A DNA stretch of 64,000 nt, taken from positions 39,990,001 to 40,054,000 of the forward strand of contig OZ024740.1 in NCBI GenBank assembly GCA_964016885.1. Reading direction: 5' to 3'. A program made the position numbers and the translations under genes. The notes under the pieces are model-generated. The model was not told where the DNA came from, ran no database searches, and was given only the letters and a program-made list of their open reading frames with translations. The DNA is from Eledone cirrhosa (taxonomy: Eukaryota). Positions 50,775-63,576 of the stretch are shown one piece after another (within the stretch, counting starts at the first letter, position 1; the number at the start of each line of letters is the position of its first letter).

Positions 50775-52090
50775 AGTATTGATTGATCCAGTGAGTTATA
50801 CCTCCGCTGTAAGTAGACGAGAAAACAGAACCCAGATCCCCTCAGCGAAATGGCCTTGCTCAGTATGTAGGAAAGGTGTAGGTAGGAACTCCATTCTCTG
50901 CCCCAAATGCAAACAATGGGTACACAAGAGATGTAGCGGGATCTCAGGAAGCTTAATTAAGAATATAGGCTTCACATGCAGCAGCTGTGCTGAGGCAGCA
51001 AACAGCCACAGGAAACAAGTACCACCAATCTCTGGGAGGGCTCTGTAGAAACAGTAGACAGCTTCTGCTACCTAGGTGACCGAATTAGCAGTGGAGGTGG
51101 GTGTTCAGAAAGTACAATAACTAGGGTAAGAACGGGATGGAAGAAGTTTAGGGAACTACTACCACTGCTAGCTGCAAAAGGCTTCTCCCTCAGAATGAAA
51201 GGCAGACTGTATGATGCTTGTATCTGAACAGCGATGTTACATGGTAGTGAGACCTGGGCGCTGAAGGTGGAAGACTTACGTAGATTAGAGAGAAACGAAG
51301 CCTGCATGCTCCGATGGATGTGTAACAGTAACATACGTGAACGACAAAACATAAATGAATTGAGAGAGAGACTGAGCATAAGAGGAATCAAATGCTGTGT
51401 GCAGGAGAGGCGGTTGCGCTGGTATGGACATGTGATGCGTATGAAGGATGACAGCTGCATAAAAAGGTGCAGAGCACTAGAAGTTGATGGAAACCGCGGA
51501 GTGGGGAGACCCAAGATGACCTGGGATGAGGTGATAAAAGCCAACCTTACCCCAATTACACCTCTCAAAGGCAATGACACACAACCGTGACTTCTGGCGT
51601 CACGCAGTAATACAGAGTACCCGACCTCCCATGGGTACAAGCTGAAACATATAGACAATATTCCCCCACACCCCCCACCGCAAGGTGGTCGTGGAGGTGC
51701 CACGGAAAAAAAAGCACCCAGCCCACACTGTAAAGTGGACGTGTAGGCACCATGAAACAGCACTCACTGTAAATGAGGTTGGTGTTAGGAAGGGCATCCA
51801 GCTGTAGAAATCAAGCCAAATCAGTTCCTGTATGAGCAAGGCATGGTCAGCCGACCAGACACTATCCACAACAGGACAACCCGTCTAACCCATGTTAGCG
51901 TGGAAGAACGGACGTAAAACGGTGATGATGATGATGTACTTATATTGATTGATTTAATCAGGTATACCTCCACTGTACCAGTATTGATTGATCCAGTGAG
52001 TTATACCTCAGCTGTACCAGTATTGATTGATTCAATCAGGTATACCTCTGTTATAGTATTGATTCAATTAATTATACCCCTTGCTGTATA
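50775..52090. repeat. ~39-bp minisatellite split by the family B LINE
   Basis: GTATTGATTGATCCAGTGAGTTATACCTC(C/A)GCTGTA at 50775-50810 and again, with variants, at about 51942-52090. Confidence 0.8.
50811..51935 (+). mobile_element. RTE LINE family B, 5'-truncated, disrupted
   Basis: KWPCSVCRKGVGRNSILCPKCKQWVHKRC...; frameshifts near 51030 and 51550 and an in-frame TGA near 51225; ~300-nt 3'UTR; (GAT)n tail. Confidence 0.93.
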
Positions 52091-52152
52091 AATTTGTGAC
52101 TTTCTGCCAATAAAACAAATCCATATGTTTTCAATTTTACTTTTCAAATCAG

Positions 52153-52359
52153 CTTCGTCAAATTCGTGTTACTCAAACTGAAGAAGGGGAATTGGATGAA
52201 GAAGCTGAATGGATATATAAACAGGCCTTTACAACAAAACCAATTTCCAAACAAAGTGATCATGGAGAAGGACAGTATTCCTATTACCAGCCAAAGAGTT
52301 CATCGGCAGTGAATAAAATTAGAGATGCATTAAATTTCATGAGGAATCATCTGCATGAA
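52153..52359 (+). CDS. SUPT6H: SPT6 coding exon
   Basis: aatcag|CTT...GAA|gtaagt; LRQIRVTQTEEGELDEEAEWIYKQAF...KIRDALNFMRNHLHE. Confidence 0.96.
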
Positions 52360-52459
52360 GTAAGTGGAAATATTCTAATTAGGAAATTAGTATTTTCTTT
52401 TAAATAATGAAAAATTAAAATAATAATTAAGGTTTTGTGGTATTTTGTGCAGAGAAAAC

Positions 52460-52875
52460 TGTACACCCTCCTTGCCAATATACTCTGCTTCCCTTCCCAG
52501 CTCGAGCCAGCAGGACATAACCAAGGGGATGATAAAAGGCCAGATGGCATGATCCTGTTCCACAGTGGGATGCTACATGGTGCAACGCATTCTCCAGTGC
52601 CACAGTGGGATGCTACATGGTGCAACGCATTCTCCAGTGCCAATCTCGTGCATCCAACTGAAGAGGGTAAAATATCTCCAATAGGTTTGCTGTTGAGCCT
52701 GTGTTAGTGGAAACTTCCAGCATTCTTGACTCCCTGGATCACATCCCTACTCACTGCTATCAGATTGGAGTTGGCTACCCTCAAGAGTGAGCCCCACAAG
52801 TTGTAGTGGCTGTTCCAGTGTGTCTCCCTTGCCATCCTCTGGGGCAACATCTTCTTCATTCTATCTGCTGGGATC
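52460..52875 (+). mobile_element. relic of a CRE-type non-LTR retrotransposon (restriction-like endonuclease C-terminus)
   Basis: LEPAGHNQGDDKRPDGMILF...WDATW, then EPVLVET and WLFQCVSLAILWGN..IL, matching the pattern EPxGxxRxDGKRPDG..WDxT..VET..QRxSxAIxRGN. Contains an exact 40-bp tandem duplication at 52561-52640. Confidence 0.72.
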
Positions 52876-53391
52876 ATGAAGCAGATTAACTCTTAAACAG
52901 TGAACTTCAACAATATCTCTTATGGCAGCAGTATAAAATATGTTAATAGTAATAACAACTCTGCTTGGTGTAAATACTGAATTGTTTGATCATGTTTAAT
53001 AGAATGGGATGGTTGATTTGTTTACTTCAGCTTAGTTGAAAAGAGTTTTAATCAACAATGAATAGTACATGTTCTGTCTTGTCACATGTCTAGTTCCAAT
53101 AAAGAAGCAGGCTGTGAAATGGTGATATCAATATTACATGCATTGTTGATGATGGTGACGTCCCAGGTTGAAATAAACTTCTGACCAATATTTTAAAGGA
53201 TCACTTAATTAAAGAGTCCCACAAAGATAACTTTTCAACAATATCTGTGTAGATAATATTATAGAAGGCAAACTTTCAGCAAATAGACTTCAATAAAATA
53301 TGTTTAAATATATTTTGATATCACTTTAAAAGAAGCTTCTGTTATATAGTTGAAGCCAATAAGAAAACATGTGATAAACAGGCACAGTATA

Positions 53392-54282
<891 letters not shown>

Positions 54283-54410
54283 TATCATTTACAACTCTGA
54301 CAGGGTTTATCATATGCAGTGGCATAAGTAAAAGCTCTCATATTTTCTCATGTATTGCCAAAATATGTTCTGTTTAAATGTTGGTAGAAAACTGACACAA
54401 GGTGTTTTAG

Positions 54411-54628
54411 CCCTTTAGCATTTAAACCAGTTGTATCCGGCTAGAATTCTCTCACCTCTTTCTGTTTAAACCAGCTGTAACTGGCTGCTCATACTTATGT
54501 TAAGGCATTCTCAAAATAGATAATATGAAAATCTCGTAGATTCGATATTATGCGAGATTATTATGTAAGATAAAGCCTTTACTACAAAAATACAATAGTA
54601 TATATAGAGTAATGTAAATGCTAAAGGG
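54411..54628 (+). mobile_element. piggyBac-like MITE (copy 1)
   Basis: TIRs CCCTTTAGCATTTA / TAAATGCTAAAGGG, flanked by TTAG and TTAA; homologous to 63577-63797. Confidence 0.85.
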
Positions 54629-54864
54629 TTAATGCAGTTCTTGAAACATTGAATTTCCTTCTAATTGGTAGGATGGATTAAGTTGAGGGGTTCAGAATCT
54701 TTGCAGCTTTCTTCTAAAAATGAATATTTTTCAAATGTAATGTACCATTTAGTTGAATATTCTCTTGGATTATATACATGATAGAAATGTCAAAAGATAC
54801 TCATCAATAAAGTATTTCTTTTATTGTCTATTTTGATTATTATATCTGTTTCCACATTTTTCAG

Positions 54865-54954
54865 GTCCCATTTATTGCATTTTATCGCAAAGAATATGTC
54901 GAACCTGACTTGAATATCAATGATTTGTGGCGTGTCTGGGAATATGATGAAAAA
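54865..54954 (+). CDS. SUPT6H: SPT6 coding exon
   Basis: tttcag|GTC...AAA|gtaagt; [30 protein letters not shown]. Confidence 0.97.
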
Positions 54955-55228
54955 GTAAGTCGTTTTCCACAAGTGGTTCTTTAAAACATCTTCTGTTTGT
55001 TTTATATATTGCAGTTAAACCTTCTACTATAGTTGGTGCTGTTCAGTTTAATGTCTATTTACTATGTCTGTATGGATTAGACTGGTTGTCATGCAGTAAG
55101 ACAAGTCAGATCAAGTGACTGTCTTGTTCATACAGAACTGTTTCTTGCTTAATTTCTATGACTGGATGCCTTTTGTCGTGTCACTATATATATATAGATA
55201 TACATATATATATGTGCACACACACTGA

Positions 55229-55573
55229 ATGGAGGCATATGGCTTAGTGGTTAGAGCATTGGCCTTGCAATCGAAAGGTTGTGAGTTCAATTCTCAGACC
55301 GAGTGATGTGTTGTTTCCTTGAGCAAGACACTTTATTTCACATTGCTCCAGTTTACTCAACTGTAGAAATAAGATGATAGGGACTGGGGTCCCTATCATT
55401 CCACTGCAAAGTGGTCGTGGAGGTGCCACGGCAAAAAAAGCACCCAGCACTCACTGTAAATGAGGTTGGTGTTAGGAAGGGCATCCAGCTGTAGAAATCA
55501 AGCCACAATCAGTTCCCGTCCCACCCTTGCAAGCAGGAAAAAAGCGGACGTAAAATGAAATGAAATGATGATG
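55229..55573 (+). mobile_element. tRNA-derived SINE (family 1)
   Basis: Near-identical to 6459-6805. Confidence 0.92.
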
Positions 55574-55997
55574 AATGACACTAATGCTGGGTGTATCAAG
55601 GTTTTTAGAAAAGATGCAACATATCCCTGCATGTCGTAAGAGATAACTAAAAGTGTTGGTACCAGAAAGGACATAGGTTGTAAAACATTGTCTTAAAACA
55701 TCCCATGCCACTGTAGAAAAGTGGACGTACAACAACAATGAGGATATATATAGAGAGAGAGACAGTACAAGATGGTGTCATATCCAATGACTGGCATAGC
55801 AGTATTAATCATTAATTATGACTAGAAAAAAGGTAATGCTTTAGAAAGCAGAGACATAAGGCTAATGGATCAAGTGCTGAACGTGACAATGTGATAACAC
55901 AACTAATTTGGGAAAGAATTAAATGAAATGTAGTTTGGTTTTGTGCCAGGATGGAAGACCACAAATTCTCTCTTCTTAGTGAAACAAGATGATGATG

Positions 55998-57553
55998 ATC
56001 ATCATCTTTTTACGTCCGCTTTTCCCTGCTTGCAAGGGCGGAACGGGTCCTATTCAGCACAGCATCTCTCCACTTGTCACGGTCCTTCGTCATCTCCTCC
56101 ATGAGCTTCAGCGAGCTGAGGTCTGCTCTCACCACCTCCGCCCATGTTTTTCGTGGTCTTCCTCTACTGCGTCTTCCTTCTACTGGGATTTCTTGGCACT
56201 TCTTTACCCAGCAGTCATCCTCCATTCGCATCACATGTCCATACCATCTCAGCCTTCTCTCCTGCACACCACAACTTATCCCTCTTATACACTTACGTAG
56301 ATTAGAGAGAAACGAAGCCTGCATGCTCCGATGGATGTGTAACAGTAATATACGTGAACGACAAAGCATAAATGAATTGAGAGAGAGACTGAGCATAAGA
56401 GGAATCAAATGCTGTGTGCAGGAGAGGCGGTTGCGCTGGTATGGACATGTGATGCGTATGAAGGATGACAGCTGCATAAAAAGGTGCAGAGCACTAGAAG
56501 TTGATGGAAACCGCGGAGTGGTGAGACCCAAGATGACCTGGGATGAGGTGATAAAAGCCGACCTTACCCAATTACACCTCTCAAAGGCAATGACACACGA
56601 CCGTGACTTCTGGCGTCACGCAGTAATACAGAGTACCCGACCTCCCATGGGTACAAGCTGAAGCATATAGACAATATGCCCCCACACCCTTCACCGCAAG
56701 GTGGTCGTGGAGGTGCCACGGCAAAAAAGCACCCAGCCCACACTGTAAAGTGGACGTGTAGGCGCCACGAAACAACACCCAGCACTCACTGTAAATGAGG
56801 TTGGTGTTAGGAAGGGCATCCAGCTGTAGAAATCAAGCCAAATCAGTTCCTGTATGAGCAAGGCATGGTCAGCCGACCAGACACTGCCCACAACAGGACA
56901 ACCCGTCTAACCCATGCTAGCATGGAAGAACGGACGTAAAACGGTGATGATGACACAGTTTCTCTCTCAACTCATCTATGCTTGGTTGTTCACGCACATT
57001 GACATTGCACATCCAACGGAGCATGCTTGCTTCATTTCTCTCCAGTCGTCGCATATCCTCTGCAGTTGCTGCTCATGTCTCACTCCCATGCAGCATCGCG
57101 CATCTTACACAGGCATCATATAACCGGTCTTTTGTACGCAGGGAGAAACCCTTCTTTGTCAACAGAGGAAGTTCCCTAAACAGCTCCCTAAACTTCTTCC
57201 AACCTATCCTTATTCTAGATACTATGGCTTCGGAACCCCCCACCCCCTGCCCCTCCCATGCTAATCTGATCACTTAGGGACTGGAAGCTATCAACTACTT
57301 CTATAGAACCCACCTGCATTTGAAAAATGTGTCTATCACTGCGACTTCTACTGTCAAATTTCCCTGTACATCTACTGCATACATAGTTTTCCCTACTTGT
57401 TAGTTTGCCTGCTATCCCACTACATCTCTTGTGTACCCAAGATCTGCATTGTGTACATTTTATAGAATTTATGCCAGTTCCTTTTCTACATATCGAACAT
57501 GGCCATTTCCCTGATGGAATCAGAGTTTTGTCCTCTTTTCTACTTATCAACAA
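55998..57553 (-). mobile_element. RTE LINE family A, 5'-truncated, interrupted by family B
   Basis: Minus-strand SRKEDKTLIPSGKWPCSIC...LASREKRT, near-identical to the 622-3447 ORF; split at 56292/56953. Confidence 0.93.
56291..56952 (+). mobile_element. RTE LINE family B fragment nested antisense in family A
   Basis: LRRLERNEACMLRWMC...STRPPMGTS stop, family B 3'UTR, short (GAT) tail; ACAC duplicated at 56289-56292 and 56953-56956. Confidence 0.93.
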
Positions 57554-57968
57554 CATGATGTAAAAAGAAGAGGAGATATAGAGAACAATAAATAGTCATT
57601 GAGGAAGTCACCGAGTGTGACAAAAGAACTTTGACAAAATAACCAACCAATAGCTGAAGTGAAAATTATATAGAGTGTTTTATTGGCAAAATGACCATCC
57701 ACAAATATAACAATCTAAGAAAATAATTACAACTATAAACATTGTGTGTTATTAATTTGAGAGTGGCAAATATGGTCTGAGTGAATGGGCCTGACTTGAG
57801 TATATTCCTGTAGATTGGAGAACTAGGAGGGAGAACTTGTCTTAGTGGTTAGGGTGACTGGCTTTTTTAGTCTTTCTCCATGAGTGACCCTTGGAGACTC
57901 CCCACTGTGGGGGAATATGTTATGTTTAAATGTTTGTTTTCTTAGTCTCTATTATAAATTATATTTTG

Positions 57969-57975
57969 CCCCCCC

Positions 57976-58024
<49 letters not shown>
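57969..58024. repeat. compound microsatellite C24-(AC)n
   Basis: Directly visible. Confidence 0.95.
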
Positions 58025-58026
<2 letters not shown>

Positions 58027-58110
58027 TACCATTCTGTGCCGTCTTTAATGTTTTCTGAATGTGAGCCCTGTGAGGCTAATAAAGAAATAATTTTTTATAT
58101 ATATATGTAT

Positions 58111-59357
58111 CTGGCTAAGACTAAAGTTCTAGTTTGTAGGAAAGAAAATAAGGCGGCGGTCCCTTCTGGGAAATGGTCGTGCTCGGTGTGTAGGAAAGGC
58201 GTAGGTAGAAACTCCATTTTATGTCCTAAATGCAAAGTATGGGTGCATAAAAGATGTAGTGGGATCACAGGTAAGCTAACTAAGAACATAGATTTTACAT
58301 GTGGCCGGTGCTCTGGTCCAATAAGTAGCAGCAAGTGCCCACAAAATACTAGCTCTTTCAATTGCGCAGAGGGTTCTATAGAAATAGTGGACAGCTTCCG
58401 TTACCTGGGCGATAAAATCAGCAGTGGGGGAGGGTGCTCTGAAAGTACAGTAGCTAGAGTCAGAACTGGTTGGAAAAAGTTCAGAGAGCTTATACCACTA
58501 TTAGCTGCTAAAGGGTTCTCCCTAAAAATGAAAGGCAGGTTGTACGATGCCTGCATACGAACAGCAATGTTGCATGGCAGTGAGACCTGGGCATTGTGTG
58601 CAGAGGATATACGCAGACTAGAGAGGAACGAAGCTTGCATGCTCCGCTGGATGTGTAACAGTAATATACGTGAACGGCAAAGCATAAACGAACTAAGGAA
58701 AAAATTAGAAATAAGAGGGATCAGATGTTGTTTACTCGAGAGAAGGCTACGTTGGTATGGGCACGTGATGCGCATGAAAGTCGATAGCTGTATAACAAAG
58801 TGCAGGGCAATAAAGATAGACGGTAGCCACGGAATAGGCAGACCTAGAAAAACCTGGGACGAGCTGATAAACTCCGACCTCACACACTTACACCTCTCCA
58901 AGACAATGTCACTGGACCGAGACCTTTGGCGGTACTCAGTAACAGAGAAGACAGGCCTTACCTAAATACATAGTAAAACCTACTACAGCCAGTAGGCATC
59001 TCTAACAAAATACACCCCCGTCCCACCACCACCACCCCCACCCCATCCACACCACCCCGTTCTATGTAAAGTTATGTTGGTTCCGCGCCATCCAGGCCGA
59101 AACAAATGAGATCGTGTAGGTGTCACGACAAAAAAACACACAGTCCACGCTGTAATGTGGCCGTGTAGGCAACACGGTAAAAACCTCCCAGACCCACACT
59201 GTAAATGTGGTTGGTGTTAGGAAGGGCATCCAACTGTAGAAAACCTGCCAGACAGTCCTATGCGAGCAAGACAATCACTCTTGCCTCAAGTGGGACTACC
59301 CCCGTCCAAACCCATGCAAGCGTGGAACACGGACGTTAAACGTTGATGATGATGATG
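58111..59357 (+). mobile_element. RTE LINE family C, 5'-truncated, open frame to 58965
   Basis: LAKTKVLV...KWSCSVC...HKRC...EIVDSFRYLGD...RRLRWYGHVMR...GRPRKTW; ~390-nt 3'UTR; (GAT)n tail. Confidence 0.94.
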
Positions 59358-59407
59358 TCTATATATATATATTTTTTTTTTTTTTTTAAATCTATTTCAT
59401 CTTTAAG

Positions 59408-59541
59408 TGGACTCAATTAAGACAAAGAAAACAAAATCTTGTCCGGTTGTTTGAAAAAATGCAGAATTTTCAATTTGAAGAAAATGCAGATCCTGATAAA
59501 GTTTTAGAATCACGACCACTTACTGGTGATGATGTTGCTAG
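59408..59541 (+). CDS. SUPT6H: SPT6 coding exon
   Basis: ctttaag|TGG...AG|gtaatg; [44 protein letters not shown]. Confidence 0.94.
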
Positions 59542-59981
59542 GTAATGTATTTTTCTAATATACTCTTTATCGTACTTTTCAATATCATTTAAATACTGCC
59601 AGAGTGTTGTACTGAATGCATATTATACAACTTAACATTTGAAAAATTCAATTGCAACATGAATATAATGTATATGTAAATGTCTTTGTGTGTGTGTATC
59701 ATCATCATTCACTTTCCCTATGAACAAGGGTTGGACGTATCTTCACATGCTGAGTCAGTACTGAAGTGGGGCTACTGACCTCCCAGGCAGGCTGAGAGTC
59801 CACATCTCACTTATTACAGTTCCATATACTAAGTGCATGTGGTTTCATGGCAGTGTGCAGCATAGGTTACTGTATGAAATGCTTTTTGTTTCATTCTATC
59901 TAAATTTATGGCAATATGCACCAGAAATGAAATATCAATTTAACGACTAAAGGAAATATTTTTATTGGTATTCTTTTGTAG

Positions 59982-60193
59982 AGTGAAGAAAGTTCAAACT
60001 TTAGAAGAGCTTCGTGATTGCTATCAACACTTCCTGCTACATTATGGTTCAGATATACCAAAGATGCGGAACATGGAAAAAAGAAAGAAACAAGAAGAAT
60101 CAAATACTGAGGAGACTGTTCAAGAAGCTACTGACACCATTAAGCAGGCTACACGTAAAACTGGATATGATCTTTGTCTACAAGCTAAACTAG
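59982..60193 (+). CDS. SUPT6H: SPT6 coding exon
   Basis: ttgtag|A...CTAG|gtaaac; VKKVQTLEELRDCYQHFLLHYGSDIPKM...IKQATRKTGYDLCLQAKL. Confidence 0.96.
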
Positions 60194-60399
60194 GTAAACT
60201 ATCAAAAGGCTTCTAATTAAATTAATTTTTTTGTTTTGTAGCAATTAGATTCACCAACTTATATGTCATAATATTAAATGGATTAGATAAATTGTTTTGT
60301 AATCCACTTCAATTGTAATAGTGATTCAATCTTGTTTATATTAGAAGTAAATTCTTTAATTTGTTTCTAATTGATATTTGCTTTTAATCTCATTAATAG

Positions 60400-60529
60400 A
60401 TGACATTGCTCAAAAGTTTGGACTGACCCCTGAACAGTTTGGAGAAAATTTACGTGATAACTATCAGCGTCATGAAGTTGATCAGTATCCCGGTGAACCA
60501 TCAGAACTTGCTAAAGAGTTAATAAGTGG
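60400..60529 (+). CDS. SUPT6H: SPT6 coding exon
   Basis: taatag|AT...GG|gtatgg; (D)[42 protein letters not shown]. Confidence 0.97.
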
Positions 60530-60979
60530 GTATGGTCATTTGAATTGAACTTTATTACAGTTGTTAGTTTAAATACTTCATATTTAGGCCTTACGTGAAA
60601 CTCTGTAGTATTGGATTTCAAGTAATTTTAGTGTACAAACTTTTAATGTTTACTGTGAAAAAAAACATCTGCACATATCATGGGTTTATTTTTGTGATGT
60701 TCAAAACAAGGATTCATGGCTGAAAGAAGTAATTATTCTTTTGTCATTTTCTCATTATTTTGAGTATCATATACAAGTTTTATTAAAACATCATTAAATG
60801 ATCCTTGTTATCACTAAATCATCATCAGCACCATTTAACATGTGTTTTTGATTATAAGGATTAAGTGATAACAAGAAATTTTTTTAATGATGTTAAAAAA
60901 AAAAAATTTATCAAAACTAGAATTACAGTTTTTCCTTCTGTATCTCAGTCTTTATATGTTTCTCGATAATGTTTTTTAG

Positions 60980-61130
60980 TCAATTTCCAACTGAAGAAGA
61001 TATTTTAATGGGTGCTCGCCATGTAGTGGCAATGCAAATTGCTCACGACCCATTAGTGCGACAGTGTATTCGATCAGCTTACTTTGAAAGAGCTAAAATA
61101 AAAACAAGACCTACCAAGAAGGGGATGAAA
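60980..61130 (+). CDS. SUPT6H: SPT6 coding exon
   Basis: ttttag|T...AAA|gtaagt; [50 protein letters not shown]. Confidence 0.97.
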
Positions 61131-61596
61131 GTAAGTCAAATGATTATTAATAAATATTTCATTGTGTTAACATTGTTGTCTACAAGGTGATAGATTATGT
61201 GTAGAACTAATCCTGAAAGCTGAAAATTAATTTTATTAAAGGTAAATATGGAAAAAATAATGACTTATTATATTCTAGGTTGTAATTCCAAGGGCTATTC
61301 AAATTGTTGCAGTTCAAAATGGAGAAATCTTTGAGACATTAAAAGTTACTCACAGCTTTTAATTAACAGTATAGAAATGATTAAAGACCCCAAGAATTAG
61401 ACTGGTACTCTTCTGAATAAAGAATCAGGTAGCATATAAAGAAATAAGCATGGATATAGTTAGTTGTTTCTCTTCGCACTAAATTAAATTAACAAAGAAT
61501 TGTTATTAGTTCCTTTAGAGCAAGTAGAAAGGCATTATGTTTTAGGGGAGAGGAAATGGACAGCGAAAGGTTCATGTTTTTTGTGAAGGTATTAGC

Positions 61597-61770
61597 AGCT
61601 TAAAGTGAAGTTAGATTACTTCAAGTCAGGATTGAAACTACTTGCTAAGCTCAGTTTACTGGAAGTGTATTTATTGAAAAGGTAGTAACAGCTTAAAATG
61701 AACTTAGATAACTTCAAAAGGGGGATTGAAACTACTTGTTTGGCTCAGTTTACTGTACTGCATTTGATGG
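61597..61770. repeat. two tandem copies of a ~93-bp unit
   Basis: CAGCTTAAA.TGAA.TTAGAT.ACTTCAA...GGATTGAAACTACTTG...GCTCAGTTTACTG twice. Confidence 0.75.
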
Positions 61771-62107
61771 CATAGTAGACTGTAAAGTATCTATACCACA
61801 CCTAATGTTTATACAGGTAAATCTACACAATAGACTGTAAAGTATCTATACCATACCTAATGTTTATACAGGTAACTCTACATAAAAGGTAAAGTATGTA
61901 TACCACACCTAATGTTTATACAGGTAAATCTACACAATAGACTGTAAAGTATGTATACCACACCTAATGTTTATACAGGTAACTCTACATAAAAGGTAAA
62001 GTATGTATACCACACCTAATGTTTATACAGGTAAATCTATATAAACTGTAAAATATCTATACCATACCTAATGTTTATACAGGTAAATCTATATAATAGA
62101 CTAATTA

Positions 62108-62531
62108 TTTAGCATTCACATTACTCTATATATACTATTATATTTTCACAGCAAAGGCTTTATTTCACATAATATCGAATCTATGACATTTTTGATATTA
62201 TTTATTTTGAGAGTGAAGGCGTGTGGCTGATTGGTTAGAGAACTGGATTCGCAATCGTGAGGTTGTTAGTTCGATTCCCAGACCGGTCCATGCATTATGT
62301 CCTTGAGCAAGACACTGTATTTCACGTTGCTCCTTCTACCTGGAGTTGCGACCGATAGATTATATTTACAATTGGAAAGACCAACGGAAACATTATTTCC
62401 TCGGTCCGATTTGACAAAAGTCAATCGACAAATTTTGAGAACAATACCTTGACATCGGTATGAGTGGGCAGTTACAACCAGTTTCAACAGAAAGTGGTGG
62501 GAGAATTCTGGTCGGCTTAAATGTTAAAGGG
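62108..62531 (-). mobile_element. piggyBac-like MITE (inverted copy) with a nested SINE
   Basis: TTTAGCATTCACATTACTCTATA...ATAATATCGAATCTA is the reverse complement of the end of 54411-54628; ends GAGAATTC...TTAAATGTTAAAGGG|TTAA. Confidence 0.8.
62214..62345 (+). mobile_element. tRNA-derived SINE head and CORE-like segment (3' limit uncertain)
   Basis: GGCGTGTGGCTGATTGGTTAGAG...AGTTCGATTCC...GTCCTTGAGCAAGACACTGTATTTCACGTTGCTCC, related to family 1. Confidence 0.78.
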
Positions 62532-62893
62532 TTAAAATATCTATACCACACCTAATGTTTATACAGGTAAATCTACATAATAGACTATAGAGTGTCTCCC
62601 TTTAAAATATTTATACCATACCTAATATTTAAACAGATAAATCTAGATGAATAATAGACTATAGTGTCTCCCTTTAAAGTATCTATACCATACCTAATAT
62701 TTATGCAAATAAATCTACATTTTCAGAAACTTTCTGTGAAAATTCAAAGAAAAGCCAGTTAAAAACATCAGTATATCATCATTACATTAGTTATTCAGAG
62801 TTCTAAGTATTAAACAAGGGATTATCTTTATCTACTTAATAAGAAAAACAAATGAAGAAATGTTGATATATGTGTATGTAATATATATTTCAG

Positions 62894-62989
62894 GATATTG
62901 ATGAGGGTCATCCATGTTACAGTTGGAAATATATGCGGAATAAGCCAGTTATAGATCTGAAAGACGATGTATTTGTAAAACTTTCCCAA
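62894..62989 (+). CDS. SUPT6H: SPT6 coding exon
   Basis: tttcag|GAT...CAA|gtaaga; DIDEGHPCYSWKYMRNKPVIDLKDDVFVKLSQ. Confidence 0.96.
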
Positions 62990-63101
62990 GTAAGAAACAC
63001 TTTTTTCTTATTTTCTATTATTGTTAGACTATTTATTGAATATCAATTTATATTGCTTTATGATGAAAATGATGATGATGATGCCTGAATTGTATTTTTA
63101 G

Positions 63102-63200
63102 GCAGAAGAAGATGGCTTGTTGCTCATAGAATTCAGTATGGATAATTTCTCTGGAAACACACAGACCTATTTCAAAGAAATTCAACAACTTTATTACAGA
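63102..63200 (+). CDS. SUPT6H: SPT6 coding exon
   Basis: ttttag|GCA...AGA|gtaagt; AEEDGLLLIEFSMDNFSGNTQTYFKEIQQLYYR. Confidence 0.96.
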
Positions 63201-63374
63201 GTAAGTTGAACATTTATATTACAACATTATTCAAACACCTAGAAACTTTAATTATTTATCAAACAATAATCCATAATTATTGCTTCTCTTTTTTTTTCAA
63301 CTCCATTTTTCTCTCTTACACTCTTATCTTTTTAATAGGTTTTAGTTTACATAAATTTTGTTTTGTTTGTTTAG

Positions 63375-63518
63375 GATGAATTTAGCAAACTTGTACAGCA
63401 ATGGAATAACCAAAGAAGCCAGGCTTTAGAAAGAGCTCTGAATAAAATTTTATATCCCCAAATGGAGAAAGAACTTCGTGCAAAATTACTACGAGAAGGA
63501 AAAGATTTCGTTTTGAGA
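63375..63518 (+). CDS. SUPT6H: SPT6 coding exon
   Basis: gtttag|GAT...AGA|gtgaga; DEFSKLVQQWNNQRSQALERALNKILYPQMEKELRAKLLREGKDFVLR. Confidence 0.96.
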
Positions 63519-63576
63519 GTGAGAATTCATTTAATACTAATTCATACTAAACTCTGATTCTGTTCATTATGTTTAA

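Larger units (their letters stand above)
61776..62720. repeat. 52/55-bp minisatellite interrupted by a MITE and a SINE
   Basis: GTAAAGTAT(C/G)TATACCA(C/T)ACCTAATGTTTATACAGGTAA(A/C)TCTA: six copies at 61776-62100, then one intact and two degenerate copies after 62532. Confidence 0.92.
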
